Assembly: GCF_006345805.1 (NCBI RefSeq)
Contig: NC_042998.1
Span: 79,918,001 to 79,982,000 of the forward strand
DNA: 64,000 nt
Direction: 5' to 3'
From: Octopus sinensis
Taxonomy: Eukaryota
This document shows positions 39,179-51,993 of the stretch, piece after piece. Under the pieces are notes generated by a model that made no database searches, was not told the DNA's origin, and saw nothing but the letters and a program-made list of their open reading frames with translations. Each line of letters begins with the position of its first letter. The stretch's first letter is position 1. Position numbers and translations under genes: made by a program.

Positions 39179-42100
39179 ATGCAAGCTTTCTTTTCAGGTA
39201 CAGAACACTGCGGCCCCTCATCCCAGGGTCTCAGAGGCCCCACCTCCACACCCTCAGGGTAGGCACCCTCAACGTTGGCACATTGAAAGGTAGGTCTGGC
39301 GAGATAGTCGAGATGCTTGAACGGAGACGTGTTGATGTATGTTGTATGCAAGAAATAAGGTGGAGAGGAGGATCTGCTAGGGTCCTCACAGGCAAGGGAC
39401 ACAGGTACAAGATTTTCTGGGCAGGGAACACTGACGGGGTTGGTGGCGTGGGTATAATTATCGCTGAGAAATGGATAGATAGAGTAATTGAGGTAATCAG
39501 AGTAAGTGACAGAATACTTAAGATTAGAATAGTGCTTCATAATAGATTAGCAACCATTATATCGGCCTATGCCCCTCAGCCAGGGCTACCCGATGGACAG
39601 AAAGACAGTTTCTATGACACCCTACTGCAGACCACTCATCGACGAACGACAGGGACCTTCTCTTTGTGGCTGGTGATTTCAATGGGCATGTTGGACGACA
39701 TGCTGGGGGCTTCCATGGCGTACATGGAGGCTACGGTTATGGTTCCCGCAACGAGGAGGGAACCAGGCTGCTGGAGTTCTGCGATGCGAATAGTCTTATG
39801 GTCTGCAACACTAACTTCAGGAAACCTACCAGCCACCTGGTCACCTACCGATCGGGCCGGCATACTAGCCAAATCGACTACATCCTTGCCAGAAAAAGGG
39901 AAAGATGGCTGCTTAAAAATGCCAAAACCTTCCCAGGCGAAGAATGCACCCCACAACATAGACTGGTAGTTAGTGACTTTAGGATCAGGACTAAGAGGGC
40001 GACTAAAGACGACCAACACATGGAGAAGAAGGGTCTGGAAGCTTAAAGCCCCTGCGAATGGACAGAGATTTAGAGATGTTACTTGAAGCCTTTGACGAAG
40101 TGGAAGGGGGTATAGCTACACATGGGGTAGAAGACAACTGGACGTTTCTGAGGGACAACCTGCTGAAAGCCACTGACCAGATCTGTGGCTGGTGCAAAGT
40201 CCCCTTAAGACCCAAAAGTGGTGGTGGAACAATATTGTTGACAGGGCTATTAGACAAAAGAAACAGGCTTGGAAGGCCTGGAAGAACGGTGGTAGCAGGG
40301 AAGGGTATCAGACTGCCAGAAGGGAAGCTAGGAGACAGGTCTATCTAGCCAGAGGGGAAGCAGATAAGAGAAAATTTGCCAATGTCCTGCGCCGTGAGGA
40401 TGAAAGACTTGAGGTATTTCGTGTTGCAAGACAGTGTGTGAGAGAGAATCGTGATGTGGTAGGAGAGAAATGTGTTCGCATGGAGGATGGTTCACTTGCG
40501 CTAAATGAGGATGCAAAGAGAGAAGCTTGGAGACGCCTATGAAAGGTTACTGAATGAGGAAAATGAATGGGATAAAGAGAGTCTGCCGAATGTTGACCCT
40601 ACAGAGGGACCAGCTATCCGAGTTGATAGCTCCGTGGTAGCTAAGGCAATTAGAAGCATGAAGACAGGGAAAGCCCCAGGCCCATCAGGAATTACTGCAG
40701 GATGCTCAAAATATCTGGCAGTGTCGGCTATAACCTAGTCACCCGTATAGTCAACCAGGTGATACACGAAGGAGTCATACCCAATGACTGGTGCAGCAGC
40801 ATACTAGTCAACTGCTACAAAGGTAAAGGTGAAGCCCTAGATACAAATAATTACAGAGGTATCAAGCTGTTGGATCAAGTAATGAAGGTTACGGAGAGGG
40901 TCATAGCCCAACTAATTAGAGAGAGAGTTAGTTTAGATGAGATGCAGTTTGGGTTCGTGCCAGGAAAAAGTACCACTGATGCTATATTCCTGGTAAGGCA
41001 GCTGCAGGAGAAACCTAGCCAAAGATAAGCCCCTGTACCTGGCTTTCGTTGACATGGAGAAAGCTTTTGATAGGGTCCCCCGATCCCTTATCTGGTGGTC
41101 AATGAGGAAACTAGGGATAGATGAATGGCTGGTGAGGACTGTGCAAGCCATGTACAGAGATGCCGTAAGTAAGGTTAGGGTTGGCAACATGTACACAGAA
41201 GAATTCAAAGTAGAGGTTGGGGTCCACCAGGGTTCAGTACTCAGCCCCCTCCTATTTATATCATAGTACTCCAGGCAATTACGGAGGAATTCAAGACAGG
41301 CTGTCCCTGGGAGCTCCTCTACGCTGACGACCTTGCTCTTATTGCTGAGTCACTATCAGAACTGGAGGAGAAGTTCCAGGTGTGGAAGGAGGGTTTAGAA
41401 TCAAGGGGCCTTAGAGTCAACCAGCTAAAACCAAAGTACTAAAAGTAGAAAGGTAGACAATCCACAAATATCTTCAGGAAGATGGCCCTGCTCGATCTGT
41501 AGAAAAGGTGTAGGTAGAAACTCTATAAGATGTACCCAGTGTAAGCTATGGACACATAAGAGGTGCAGCAATGTCAAAGGTAGGCTAACTGGGAAGATAG
41601 TTTTTGTATGTGGCAGATGCTCGGGAGCATTAACCTCCGAAAATCTGCAGAAAACAACTTCCGTCACTTTCCAGGGGGAAAAACTAGAAGTAGTTGATAG
41701 CTTCCGTTATCTAGGTGACCAAGTCAGTAGTGGGGGTGGGTGCACTGAAAGTGTAACTGCTAGAATAAGAATAGCCTGGGCAAAGTTTAGGGAGCTCTTA
41801 CCTCTGCTGGTGACTAAAGGCCTCTCGCTCAGAGTAAAAGGCAGACTGTATGATGCGTGTGTACGAACAGCCATGCTACATGGCAGCGAAACATGGGCTG
41901 TGACTGCTGAGGACATGCGTAAGCTCGTGAGGAATGAAGCCAGTATGCTCCGATGGATGTGTAATGTCAGTGTACATACTCGACAGAGCGTTAGCACCTT
42001 GAGAGAAATGTTGTACCTAAGAAGCATCAGTTGTGGTGTGCAAGAGAGACGATTGCGCTGGTATGGTCATGTGGCGAGAATGGATGAAGATAGGTGTGTG

Positions 42101-43095
42101 AGAAAGTGCCAATCCCTAGCAGTTGAGGGAACCCGTGGAAGAGGTAGACCCAGGAAAACCTGGGACGAGGTGGTGAAGCACGACCTTCGAACTTTAGGCC
42201 TCACTGAGGAAATGACCAGAGACCGAGACCTTTGGAAATATTCTGTACGTGAGAAGACCAGGCAGGACAAGTGAGCCCAGCCCACTTATGAATGCCTTTC
42301 CTCCCTTGGACACAAAGACCGGTTGAGGCAAGCGAAGTCGATATAGAACCTCATCCGACGACAGACACCCATCCCAACCCCCCATGCTTGCGAAGACATG
42401 TTGGGGCAAGCGAAATCGAAATCGAAATCGAAACCGAATTGAACCAGCCAGGATCCCTGGCCTGGTGGTACGTAAAAAGCACTATCCGACTCGGGGCCGT
42501 GGCACGTAAAATACTCCAATGCGACCGTACGACAGGCCCCATGCCAACCCCCTTTGCTTGTGAAGACATGTTGGGGCAAGCGAAATCGAAATCGAATTGA
42601 CCAGCCAGGATCCCTGGTCTGGTGGTACGTAAAAAGCACTATCCGACTCGTGGCCGTGGCACGTAAAATACTCCAATGCGACCGTACGACAGGCACCCTT
42701 GCCAACCCCCTTTGCTTGTGAAGACATGTTGGGGCAAGCGAAATCGAAATCGAATTGAACCAGCCAGGATCCCTGGTCTGGTGGTACGTAAAAAGCACTA
42801 TCCGACTCGTGGCCGATGCCAGCACACCGCCTCGACTGGCTTCCGTGCCGGTGGCACATATAAATACACCAATCTGACCGTGGCCGTTGCCAGCCCCGCC
42901 TGGCACTGTGCAGGTGGCACGTAAAAAGCACCACATACACTCACGGAGTGGTTGGCGTTAGGAAGGGCATCCAGCTGTAGAAACATTGCCAAATTAGACT
43001 GGAGCCTGGTGCAGCCTTCTGGCTTCCCAGAACCCCGGTCGAACCGTCCAACCCATGCTAGCATGGAGAACGGACGTTAAACGACGATGATGATA
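39179..43095 (+). mobile_element. Near full-length RTE-clade LINE (APE endonuclease + RT with PHD-type insert, ~0.8 kb 3'UTR, (GAT)n tail), frameshifted as assembled
   Basis: APE motifs TLNVGTL, MQEIRW, AYAPQ, GDFNGHVG, QIDYIL, QHRLV; RT motifs KAPGPSG, QFGFVPG, DMEKAFDRV, GVHQGSVLSP, YADD (41320-41331), FRYLG; RTE-type C-terminus RLRWYGHVARM...RGRGRPRKTW; stop at 42274; antisense to the host gene. Confidence 0.95.
42374..42815 (+). repeat. 158-170-bp tandem array (~2.7 units) in the RTE 3'UTR with (GAAATC)n
   Basis: ccaacccc unit starts at 42374, 42544 and 42702. Confidence 0.92.
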
Positions 43096-44157
43096 ATCAT
43101 AGTTTGCTACCAAGAATGGTGTGTGGGTTTTATGCTTCCTGGCTATAAATTAGGCACTTCAAGATAAGCTGAACATACCAGTCTGACTGTCTACTATACA
43201 TCAATTAACATCAGAACTGTCCTAAGATCAAATCCTGGGATGGTTAAGGCAGTTTTGGTTTTTAATTGACTTAAAAATGATTGGTACTGTCTTATAAAAT
43301 GACTAAAGAAATACTTCCTTTAAAGTGCCATAAATATGTCCCACCACTAAATATTGTGAGAAGATGGAAACTGTACTTGAAGTCCATTAGATGGACTGTA
43401 CCTGTAAGTCAAAGATCCAGCTTTGTCACATTGACTCTACCTGTTAAAGGTACTTGTATCTGTAAGGGTTCATAAATACTCAGCCATTTTGCACACTAAT
43501 TTAACAAGCAGGTTTTAATAAGACATTCATACATCAAAATCAACATAAGGGACCATCTTGTAGTAGGCCTAAACACACTCAACCAAGTGTCACTTGACCC
43601 CTTAGCTGGATTCATTCACCTGTGTAAATATTTAATGTTATTTTCTTACTAACAGTAACTTGGCACAGCTATATCAATCTCACCAATCCAAAAACCTTGC
43701 ATAGATCATAGACTCGACTCCCACCATCCCTATGGTGCAGCACCTTGAGCAAGTGTCTTTCACTACAGTCACAAGTTGATGTAGGCATTTTTTGAGTGAA
43801 TTTGGAAGACAGAAGCTGTATGAAAGCCTGTCATGTGTATGCATGCTTCTATCTGTTCCCCCCACCAGCACTTGACAACCAGTGTTGGTTTGTTTATATC
43901 TCTGTAATTTAGCTGTTTGGCAAAAGAGACCAATAAAATAAGTACCAGACTTATAAAAAAAGGACTGGCGTTGACTTGCTCAGCTGAAACCCTTTAGGGC
44001 AGTGCCCCAGTATGGCCACAGTCCAATGACTGAAATAAGTAAAAGATAAAAGAACAGATATATTTTCACAGTCTAGCAGTTTGGTTTGCAAAATTCTGTT
44101 CAAGTATATCTGTAGAGCAATGCATTTTTGTTATTTGTAATTTCTTGCTATACTAAC

Positions 44158-45102
44158 CTCTGGGTTCATCACCAACATGTCACTGATATCTTTCTCTGGA
44201 GTTGATAACTTCTCAGCGCCACCATGTACTTTACTTGAGTCAACATTAAGGTTGGCTACAGCACACAGCTTCTGCAGAAACTGCTGGTCTTCTTCACAAG
44301 AATCTTTTAATTCAAATGCTTCTGAACTGTCGTCAGCATATTCATTCATCCAGTCACACGATGCTGAAGATTCATTTGAGGGACAGCTAGTAAAAATGAT
44401 ATCCCCACTGGAAGGCGTTAAATAAAATTCATCTTCTACCCAATGATAACCTTCAACACTGCTACTGTGACCACTGGGATTGAATATATCACTATCAATG
44501 TCAGAGTTACACTCAATACTGTTCAGACTAGAGAAACTTGATTGTAATTCTTTTACAGTTTTAGAAAGGTTGTCAATCTTCAGAGAAACATTGTCAAATT
44601 CTGCTAGGTTCGACTGGCAGTGTTCATGACATGTCTCATTATTGGAGTGGAGATTTTTCAAAGTTTGAGTTTGGTTTTCTCCATCACATTCATTGTTGCT
44701 ACCAGAGAAAAGACTTCGGTTGGAATCCACACAGCAGAGGCTATAAAACTCCTGTCGGAATTTCTTTTGCTCTTCAATTTCTTTTGGACTCATTAAGTTA
44801 TTAACATCAATATCTTCAGTTTCAAATTGCTCCTGACAAATGTTTGTCACTGGTAGAGTCATATAACGACCAGCCTGTACACCGTGTGTGGGTTGGCGGT
44901 GTTGTAGAGTCTGCCAACAAAGCATGTTGGGGCTGTTGGTATTTTGCTGCCATGGAGTAGAATGATGTCTGGATGCTTTCTGACGATTTTTGTAATAACT
45001 TAGATTCTTTTCAATATCTTCTTTGGAAAATTGCAGTAACCATTCTTCAGCACTTTGAGTCACATCAGACTGTTGTGGTCGTCGTGGAAGCTGAAGTTTT
45101 TC
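44158..45102 (-). CDS. Same gene, 945-nt exon D (EKLQLPRRPQQSDV...DMLVMNPE)
   Basis: 310-aa ORF in the track; ttacag acceptor, GAG|gttagt donor; phase 0/0. Confidence 0.88.
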
Positions 45103-46065
45103 CTGTAATCAAGTAACAAAAGATAATTTCATATTCAGCAATTGACATTTACATGTATATTATACATACACACACACACACACATATATATACATATGTA
45201 AGAAAGACACTTACACATTTGCAAAAACACATGCACATGTAATATATATATAATATTTATATACATATTCACATTATACATAAAGTTTATAAATATACAC
45301 ACATATATATCCCTGTCTTTACGCACACAAATAGTGAGAGAGAGAAAGAGAGAGGGGGGAGAGAGAGAGGGGGGGAGAAAGAAACAGAGAAATCTAACAG
45401 TTGTAGGAGAAAATGTAAAGGAAATCTTATAGAAAGTAAAAATGCAGAGAAGGAAAAGTAGCCAGAGAAAAAATGGAAATATAAAGAAATTGATATTTAT
45501 GATGCACATCTACCAATTCTCTTACATAATTGGAAGACTTACTTGATCCAATTTTAACAAGATAATATCAAATAAAAACATAAGGATATATTTCTCTATA
45601 TATGAGATCACTAACTGTATAATGTTTTTTTTCTACTAATCAAGCACAGGCAAAGAAACTAGCTTTGCAACCACATAGTTTCAGGTTCAGTCCCACTGCA
45701 CAGCATCTTGGGCAAGTGTCTTCCTTGGGTTGACAAATGCCTTGTGAATAAATTTAGTTGATGGAAACTGGAAGCCAGTCATAAATGTTGTGTGGATGTG
45801 CGTGTTTATGTATGTCCCCTCTTCACTGCTTGACAACTAGTATTGGTTTGTTTACATTCCCATGACTTCACAGCTTTGGCAAAAGAGACTAATACAGTAA
45901 GTACCAGACTTAAAAAAATAAGTACTGGAGTCAATTTGTTTGACTAAATACTTCAAGATGGTGCCCCAGCATGGCCACAGTCCAATGACTGAAACAGGTA
46001 AAAGATAAATGATAGTTACTAAAGCAATGCAATTTTTGAAAGATTTTTTTTATTGTTATGTACCA

Positions 46066-46660
46066 ATCATTATCATCATCATCATTTACCATCTGTTTTC
46101 CATGCTGGCATGGATTGGATGGTTCGACTGGGGTCTGGGAAGTCAGGAGGCTGCACCAGGCCCCAATCTGACCTGGCAGTGTTTCTACAGCTGGATGCTC
46201 TTCCTAATACCAACCACTCTGAGAGTGTAGCGGGTGCTTTTTACGTGCCACCGGCACAGGGGCCAGAGGAGCTGGCATCGACCATGATCAAATGGTGCTT
46301 TTTACATGCCACCAGCATGGAAGCCAGTCAAAGCAGCACTGGCATCGGCCATGTTCGGATGGTGCTTTTTAAATGCTACCAGTACGAAGGTCACAACTAC
46401 AATTTCGATTTGATTGTAATTTGATTGGATTTGATTTTGGTATTGATGCTGATGTTGATGTACTTGACTCAATAGGTCTCCTCAAGCACAGCATGTCGCC
46501 CTATGATCCAAGGTACTTTTGAGTGGGCTGGTGTAGGTTACAGCTGTAAACTCACTTTATTTGCTGGGTCTTCTCAGTTACAGCATACCTCCAGAGGTCT
46601 CAGTCTTTTGTCATTGCCTCTGTGAGGCCCAACGTTCGAAGGTCATGCTTCACCACCTCA
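46066..46660 (-). mobile_element. RTE 3' end, inverted orientation
   Basis: Reverse complement of the ORF end (gaggtggtgaagcatgaccttcgaacg) plus 3'UTR and (GAT)n tail. Confidence 0.88.
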
Positions 46661-46951
46661 TATGGAATTACACCAATGAAGATATAGAATTGCACCTAGA
46701 AAGTAACCCTTCTAGGCACAAGTCCAGGTAAAGTTGTTTATGGAAGACCAGCAGTCACCCATGCATACCATCTCTGCTCTCCATGCCACTGATGTTATTC
46801 AAGGGAAAGGCAAAGGCTGATACAGCTTGGCACTAGTGATGTTGCAACTCATTTCTACAGATAAGTGAACTGGAGCAATGTGAAATAAAGTGTCTTGCTC
46901 AAGAACACAATACACAGCCCAGCCTGGGAGTTGAACTCATGTATATGAATA

Positions 46952-46989
<38 letters not shown>

Positions 46990-47489
46990 GAGTGAGAGAG
47001 TAGCACATGCTATCAAAGTGATACCAGGGTACAAATATACAAAATCCAATAAACCAATCATGACTACTTGTCTGATAAGGGTACACCAGGCACATGCATC
47101 ACAACCATATGTATGTGACAGGGTGATCTCATATCAAGATAAATTGTGCATGACCTTGCAAGAGGGGCCCACTTAGAATTTTCTTCAAGTTGAGTACCCC
47201 ATCCTGCTCAAAAGTTCCCTGAATAAGGGTTGTTTAAGGATAACGAATGAAACACCCTTATTTCTAGGGGTGAATTATTCAAACCACTAAGGAACAACTA
47301 GTTAAGGTCAAGCAACTGATAAGCAAATCTGTGGTATTGAGCAGAATATTTGCTACAGCCCATCTTTTACACCAACACAAACATGTACATCTTAACACGT
47401 TTAATCAGTTAAAATCAGGAGCCATGAGAGTTACTGTCTGGCATTGCATCATCACCATCACCATCATCATCATCATCATCATCATCATT

Positions 47490-48060
47490 AAGGTGGTGAG
47501 CTGGCAGAATCATTAGCACACAGGGCAGAATGCTTAGCATTTATCCATCTTTATGTTCTGAGTTCAAATTCTGCTGAGGTCAATTTTTGCCTTTTATCTG
47601 TTAGGGGTTGATAAAATAAGTACCAGTTGAATACTGTAGTCAATGTAATGGACTAAACCCCTACCCCAAGCTTACTGGCCTTGTGCCAAAATTTGAAGTC
47701 ACTATTATTAAGGCAGCGAGCTGGCAGAATCATTAGCACTTCAGGTAAACTGCCACTAAGCATTTTGTTCATTTTACATTCTGGGTTCAAATTCCACTGT
47801 GGTTGACTTTGCCTTTTTGGTGTTGATAAATTAAGTACCAGTGAAACACTGAGCTTGATATAATCAACTAGTCTCCTCCCCCAAAAGTTCAGGCCTTGTG
47901 CCTTTAGTAGAAAGGATTACTATTATTATAATTATTATTATTAGTGAATTGACAGAATCACTAGGGTATCGGACAAAATATCTTGTGTTTCTTTTGACTT
48001 TTTATGTTCTGGGCTCAAATCCTGACAAGGTCAACTCTGTCTTTCATCCTTTCAGGGTCA
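47490..48060 (+). mobile_element. Three head-to-tail (ATT)n-tailed SINEs
   Basis: Repeated ggcgagctggcagaatcattagc heads at ~47491, 47711 and 47943. Confidence 0.78.
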
Positions 48061-48061
48061 A

Positions 48062-48285
48062 TAACCCTTTAGCATTCAAATTATTCTGTCAAATGTATTT
48101 ATTCACATTGTTTTGAATTTATTCACATGTGTTTATCTCATAGCTTTGAAATTTTTATGGCATGATTTTTTATTTTTAGAGTGGCATTGTAAGATAGGTG
48201 TGAGAGGCTGGATCTGGCCAGTTTGAACATAATACAGGGAGAATACTTGGGCCAGATATGGCCAGTTTAAATGCTAAAGAGATAA
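48062..48285. mobile_element. piggyBac-like MITE, same family as 36978-37201, opposite orientation
   Basis: taaccctttagcatt ... aatgctaaagagataa; shared internal ccagatatggcc. Confidence 0.7.
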
Positions 48286-49549
48286 TGTCAAATTTTGGGG
48301 TTGATGATACTGATTAGCCCCCTCACCTCAAAACCACTGACCTTGTGGCCAATTCAAAAAAACTTTTTACAACCAATGTCTGAACAATGATAGTATGTTA
48401 CTATGTAACTATGTCTATGAATATATTTTTATGCATATGCTGTCAATATATTAAGAATTTTACATATAATTATTGGATATAACCCAGGAAACTAGAATGT
48501 ATATTTGTACCTAAATCCTCTTTGCCCATGTTATTTCAATTCAATCCCCTAACCAGCAAATTTTTTCTGTCTTTCTCTCTCTTCTATTATTCTCTATTAT
48601 ATCAGCCCTTGGTTTTATCGCTCCAGTTCTTTTCTATTACTCACTTCTGTCATTTCCTCTTCCTTCATTCAAGTCATCTTACATAACAAGACAAAACAAT
48701 GCATGTTGGCCACTTTATTAACCAGTTAGCCAATTTGTCCCACCCATTTTAACTACATGGATCCAGAAGACATTGGTCTGTTAATTTGGATGTCAACATA
48801 ATAAGTCCATCCCCATTTCTTTATCTAAAACTCCTCCTTGATGGCATGGAGACTATCAATATGCTACTAATGACTTTATATTCATTTGTTATTACACTTG
48901 CGACAAAGGCTGACACATTGTAGATTGGACATCCTTGGTCTTGGCAGACTGTCTGGGACAGCCATCTGCTGATTTGCTATTACATCACAACAAAGGTTAT
49001 CTCTGATAAACTAAATACAATAAAGAGGGGATACTAGGCTCCCTTTAAAAAAATCCCTATCATACTGTATAGTCTGATGGAGACACTATTACTTTCTGGT
49101 CACCTCTAAAGACTAGTTTAGAGGCAACCTTTAAACCCAGCAGTCTTCATTGCTCTTATTAACCTCCTGGTAACTAAAGCCCTGATAATCTATACAAGAT
49201 ATTAGAGGAAATAATCTAATATCTATAAACACTTTGTCACAGATCATACAGTCATGGAAACCTCAACACTCTTTGGTTTTGCCTAAGGACAAATACAGAG
49301 GTAACTTTTATAATTCGCAATCTGCATTGCCTTTTTTACAGAAGTCATCTGCCCTATAGTATATGCAGTTACTCTATCTGTTAGAAATAATGACCAAATC
49401 TCTTCCAAATTACATGCTTTACAAGTCAAACAACATCATAAAGAAATAATTGATAAACAAAATTGCAAGATTTAAAAAAAAAAATCTACATTCATGTTTA
49501 ATTTCTTTTAAATGGGGGATGAAAAATTACTAAAATCAATTACTCTTAC

Positions 49550-49663
49550 CTTTTCAACAGAATTCCGTTCAGAAGGAACTGATGCTACCTTTTTAAATTT
49601 AATATTATGGTCATCATTGGTATCTTGATGTTCGTTGTCATGTGGATGTTCCTTCTTGAAGAC
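49550..49663 (-). CDS. Same gene, exon C (VFKKEHPHDNEHQDTNDDHNIKFKKVASVPSERNSVEK)
   Basis: Poly-T tract plus tgcag acceptor, AAG|gtaaga donor; 114 nt, phase 0/0. Confidence 0.8.
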
Positions 49664-51139
49664 CTGCATGAATCATTAACAAAAAAAAAAAAAAAGTAGA
49701 AGAGGGAAGATAGATAATTATTTATAATACATATAGACATATGAACAGGAGCTTTCTTGAAGTGTTCCCTAGGTCCATAAGAGAATCTGAAGTCATTAAA
49801 GCTAGATAGCAAAAATACTCATTAATCAAATAGTTCTGTTTCTTATGGTAGCCAGCTGTACTTCAATTATATCTTTTTAGAACTTAATGAACTAAGTCAA
49901 TGAGGGTTAAGTATCTTGACTAGAAACCTAGTACAGTGTGTAGTTAAGAATTTGTTCTGAACATCAAACAGAAGTGGTTCTCAGCCTTTTCTAGTTCAGT
50001 GCCACCTTTCACGAGATGGCATTTTGCAAACCATCCCCCATGTTTAAAAAAAAATGATATTTTTAATTAAACAGAAGTTAATTTTGTGTAGTGGTTTATT
50101 AGTTTATTATCCGTATTTTCTTATATTAGTATTCCACCCAACAGTATGTGCCACATTTTAAATATCTGTGTGGACTAATGCTAAATTTTTATAGGAATTA
50201 TTAAAGCAGGCAAGGACTTTTATCTTTTATCTGTGTTAGTCAGTGTACTGCAGCCATGCTGGGGCACCAACATGAAGGATTTTAGCTGAACAGATCAACC
50301 CCACAACTTATTCTAATAGTCTCATTTGCTGAACTGCTGTTACAGGGACATAAACAAACCAACACTGACTGTCAATCAGTGGTGGGAGGATAAACAGTCA
50401 TACACACATACACATACATGCACAGACACACACACACATGACTTGCGTAAGTACTCAAAAGGCATTGTTCAGCCTGAGGCTATAGTAGAAGATACTTGCC
50501 AACACCCATATTGTTGCAAAGCAAGCTTCTCAACAATATGGCCATGCCTGTGCCTATGTAACAAAATTATATTAGCCCTTGGAGCATTATCAGTCTTGTT
50601 TTCTGCTCACTATTAACACAGTGTCCCATTCATATTTTAACCTTCACAAAGAATTTTTGAATAGAAGTATTGTATCTGGTTTAAATATTTTATTCATAAA
50701 AAAAGTAAAAACCCCATTTATAGTGCCCTCTTGACATTTTCTGTCCCTTTATGAGTTCACAACACCTCCAAAGATGTGCTGTCACTCAGGTATAGAGCCA
50801 CTGGTCTACAGGAGGTAAGAGTAATGACAGCATAGTTTCCAATATTGCAGTAATTGGTGATGTACAGCCTACAAGATTTGAACTCAAAAGCACAAGCTGA
50901 CAAGACACTTATCACCTATACAATGTCTTCTCTGTTTGCAACGGTGAACTTTACCTCCACATGGTACCTATATATATAATATATATATAGCTCAGTGAAA
51001 ACAGCCATGGAAATGAACTGTTCTACACTGAGATACAGTGCAGTATCAGTGCAAAGATACCAGCTATCGACTCTCTGGGTCAGGAAGCTGCCACCATGTT
51101 GCCTACTAAACATTCATACATACACACATACATACATCC

Positions 51140-51466
51140 TGAACCAGCCAGGATCCCTGGTCTGGTGGTACGTAAAAAGCACCATCCGACTCGTGGCCGA
51201 TGCCAGCACCGCCTCATCTGGCTTCTGTGCCGGTGGCACATAAAATACACCAATCCGACCGTGGCCGTTGCCAGCCTCGCCTGGCACCTGTGCAGGTGGC
51301 ACGTAAAAAGCACCCACTACACTCACGGAGTGGTTGGCGTTAGGAAGGGCATCCAGCTGTAGAAACACTGCCAGATAAGACTGGAGCCTGGTGCAGCCTT
51401 CTGGCTTCCCAGATCCCCGGTCGAACCGTCCAACCCATGCTAGCATGGAGAACGGACGTTAAACGA

Positions 51467-51500
<34 letters not shown>
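51140..51500 (+). mobile_element. Young 5'-truncated RTE 3' end
   Basis: Near-identical to 42756-43090; followed by (AAT)n. Confidence 0.92.
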
Positions 51501-51501
<1 letters not shown>

Positions 51502-51765
51502 TGGTTTTGTGAGTAAATGCTTAAGTCACAATGTGGATAACTACGGTTTTCAGAAAGAAATCAACCAGATAACATGCACATTATAAATACAATCTGTAAG
51601 CAGAACTGTAAAAACATGCAAGACTTTTATAGAGACCAAAATATGAATTTATTTTTATCTTCTTCCAATGATGGAGCTTTGTATCTTTGTTAGACACCAG
51701 TTCCTTCTTTACATGAATAATTAAAAATAGAAGAGAACATACATATGTATATAATTTTATGCACT

Positions 51766-51993
51766 TTAACCTTTCATTACCAACCCGGCTGAAACCGACT
51801 CTGGTTCTGTAGTACAAATGTCTTGTTTTCATAAGATTTGAATTAAAATCTTCTACCAAACCTTAGTCACAATTTATGTTCCTAACACTAGTTGAATGAT
51901 AATTAAGTGATTTTACTAAATACTTTGTTATATTCAAAGTAATTGAAAGAAACACAGAGCATCTCAAAATAAATACAGTAACAAAAGGGTTAA
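51766..51993. mobile_element. Second piggyBac-like MITE family
   Basis: ttaacctttcattac ... gtaacaaaagggttaa. Confidence 0.6.

Noticed and set aside
43085-43115. Target-site duplication for the full-length RTE
   Set aside because: No matching sequence found by eye near 38000-38050 or 39000-39180, so the 5' boundary is left undefined
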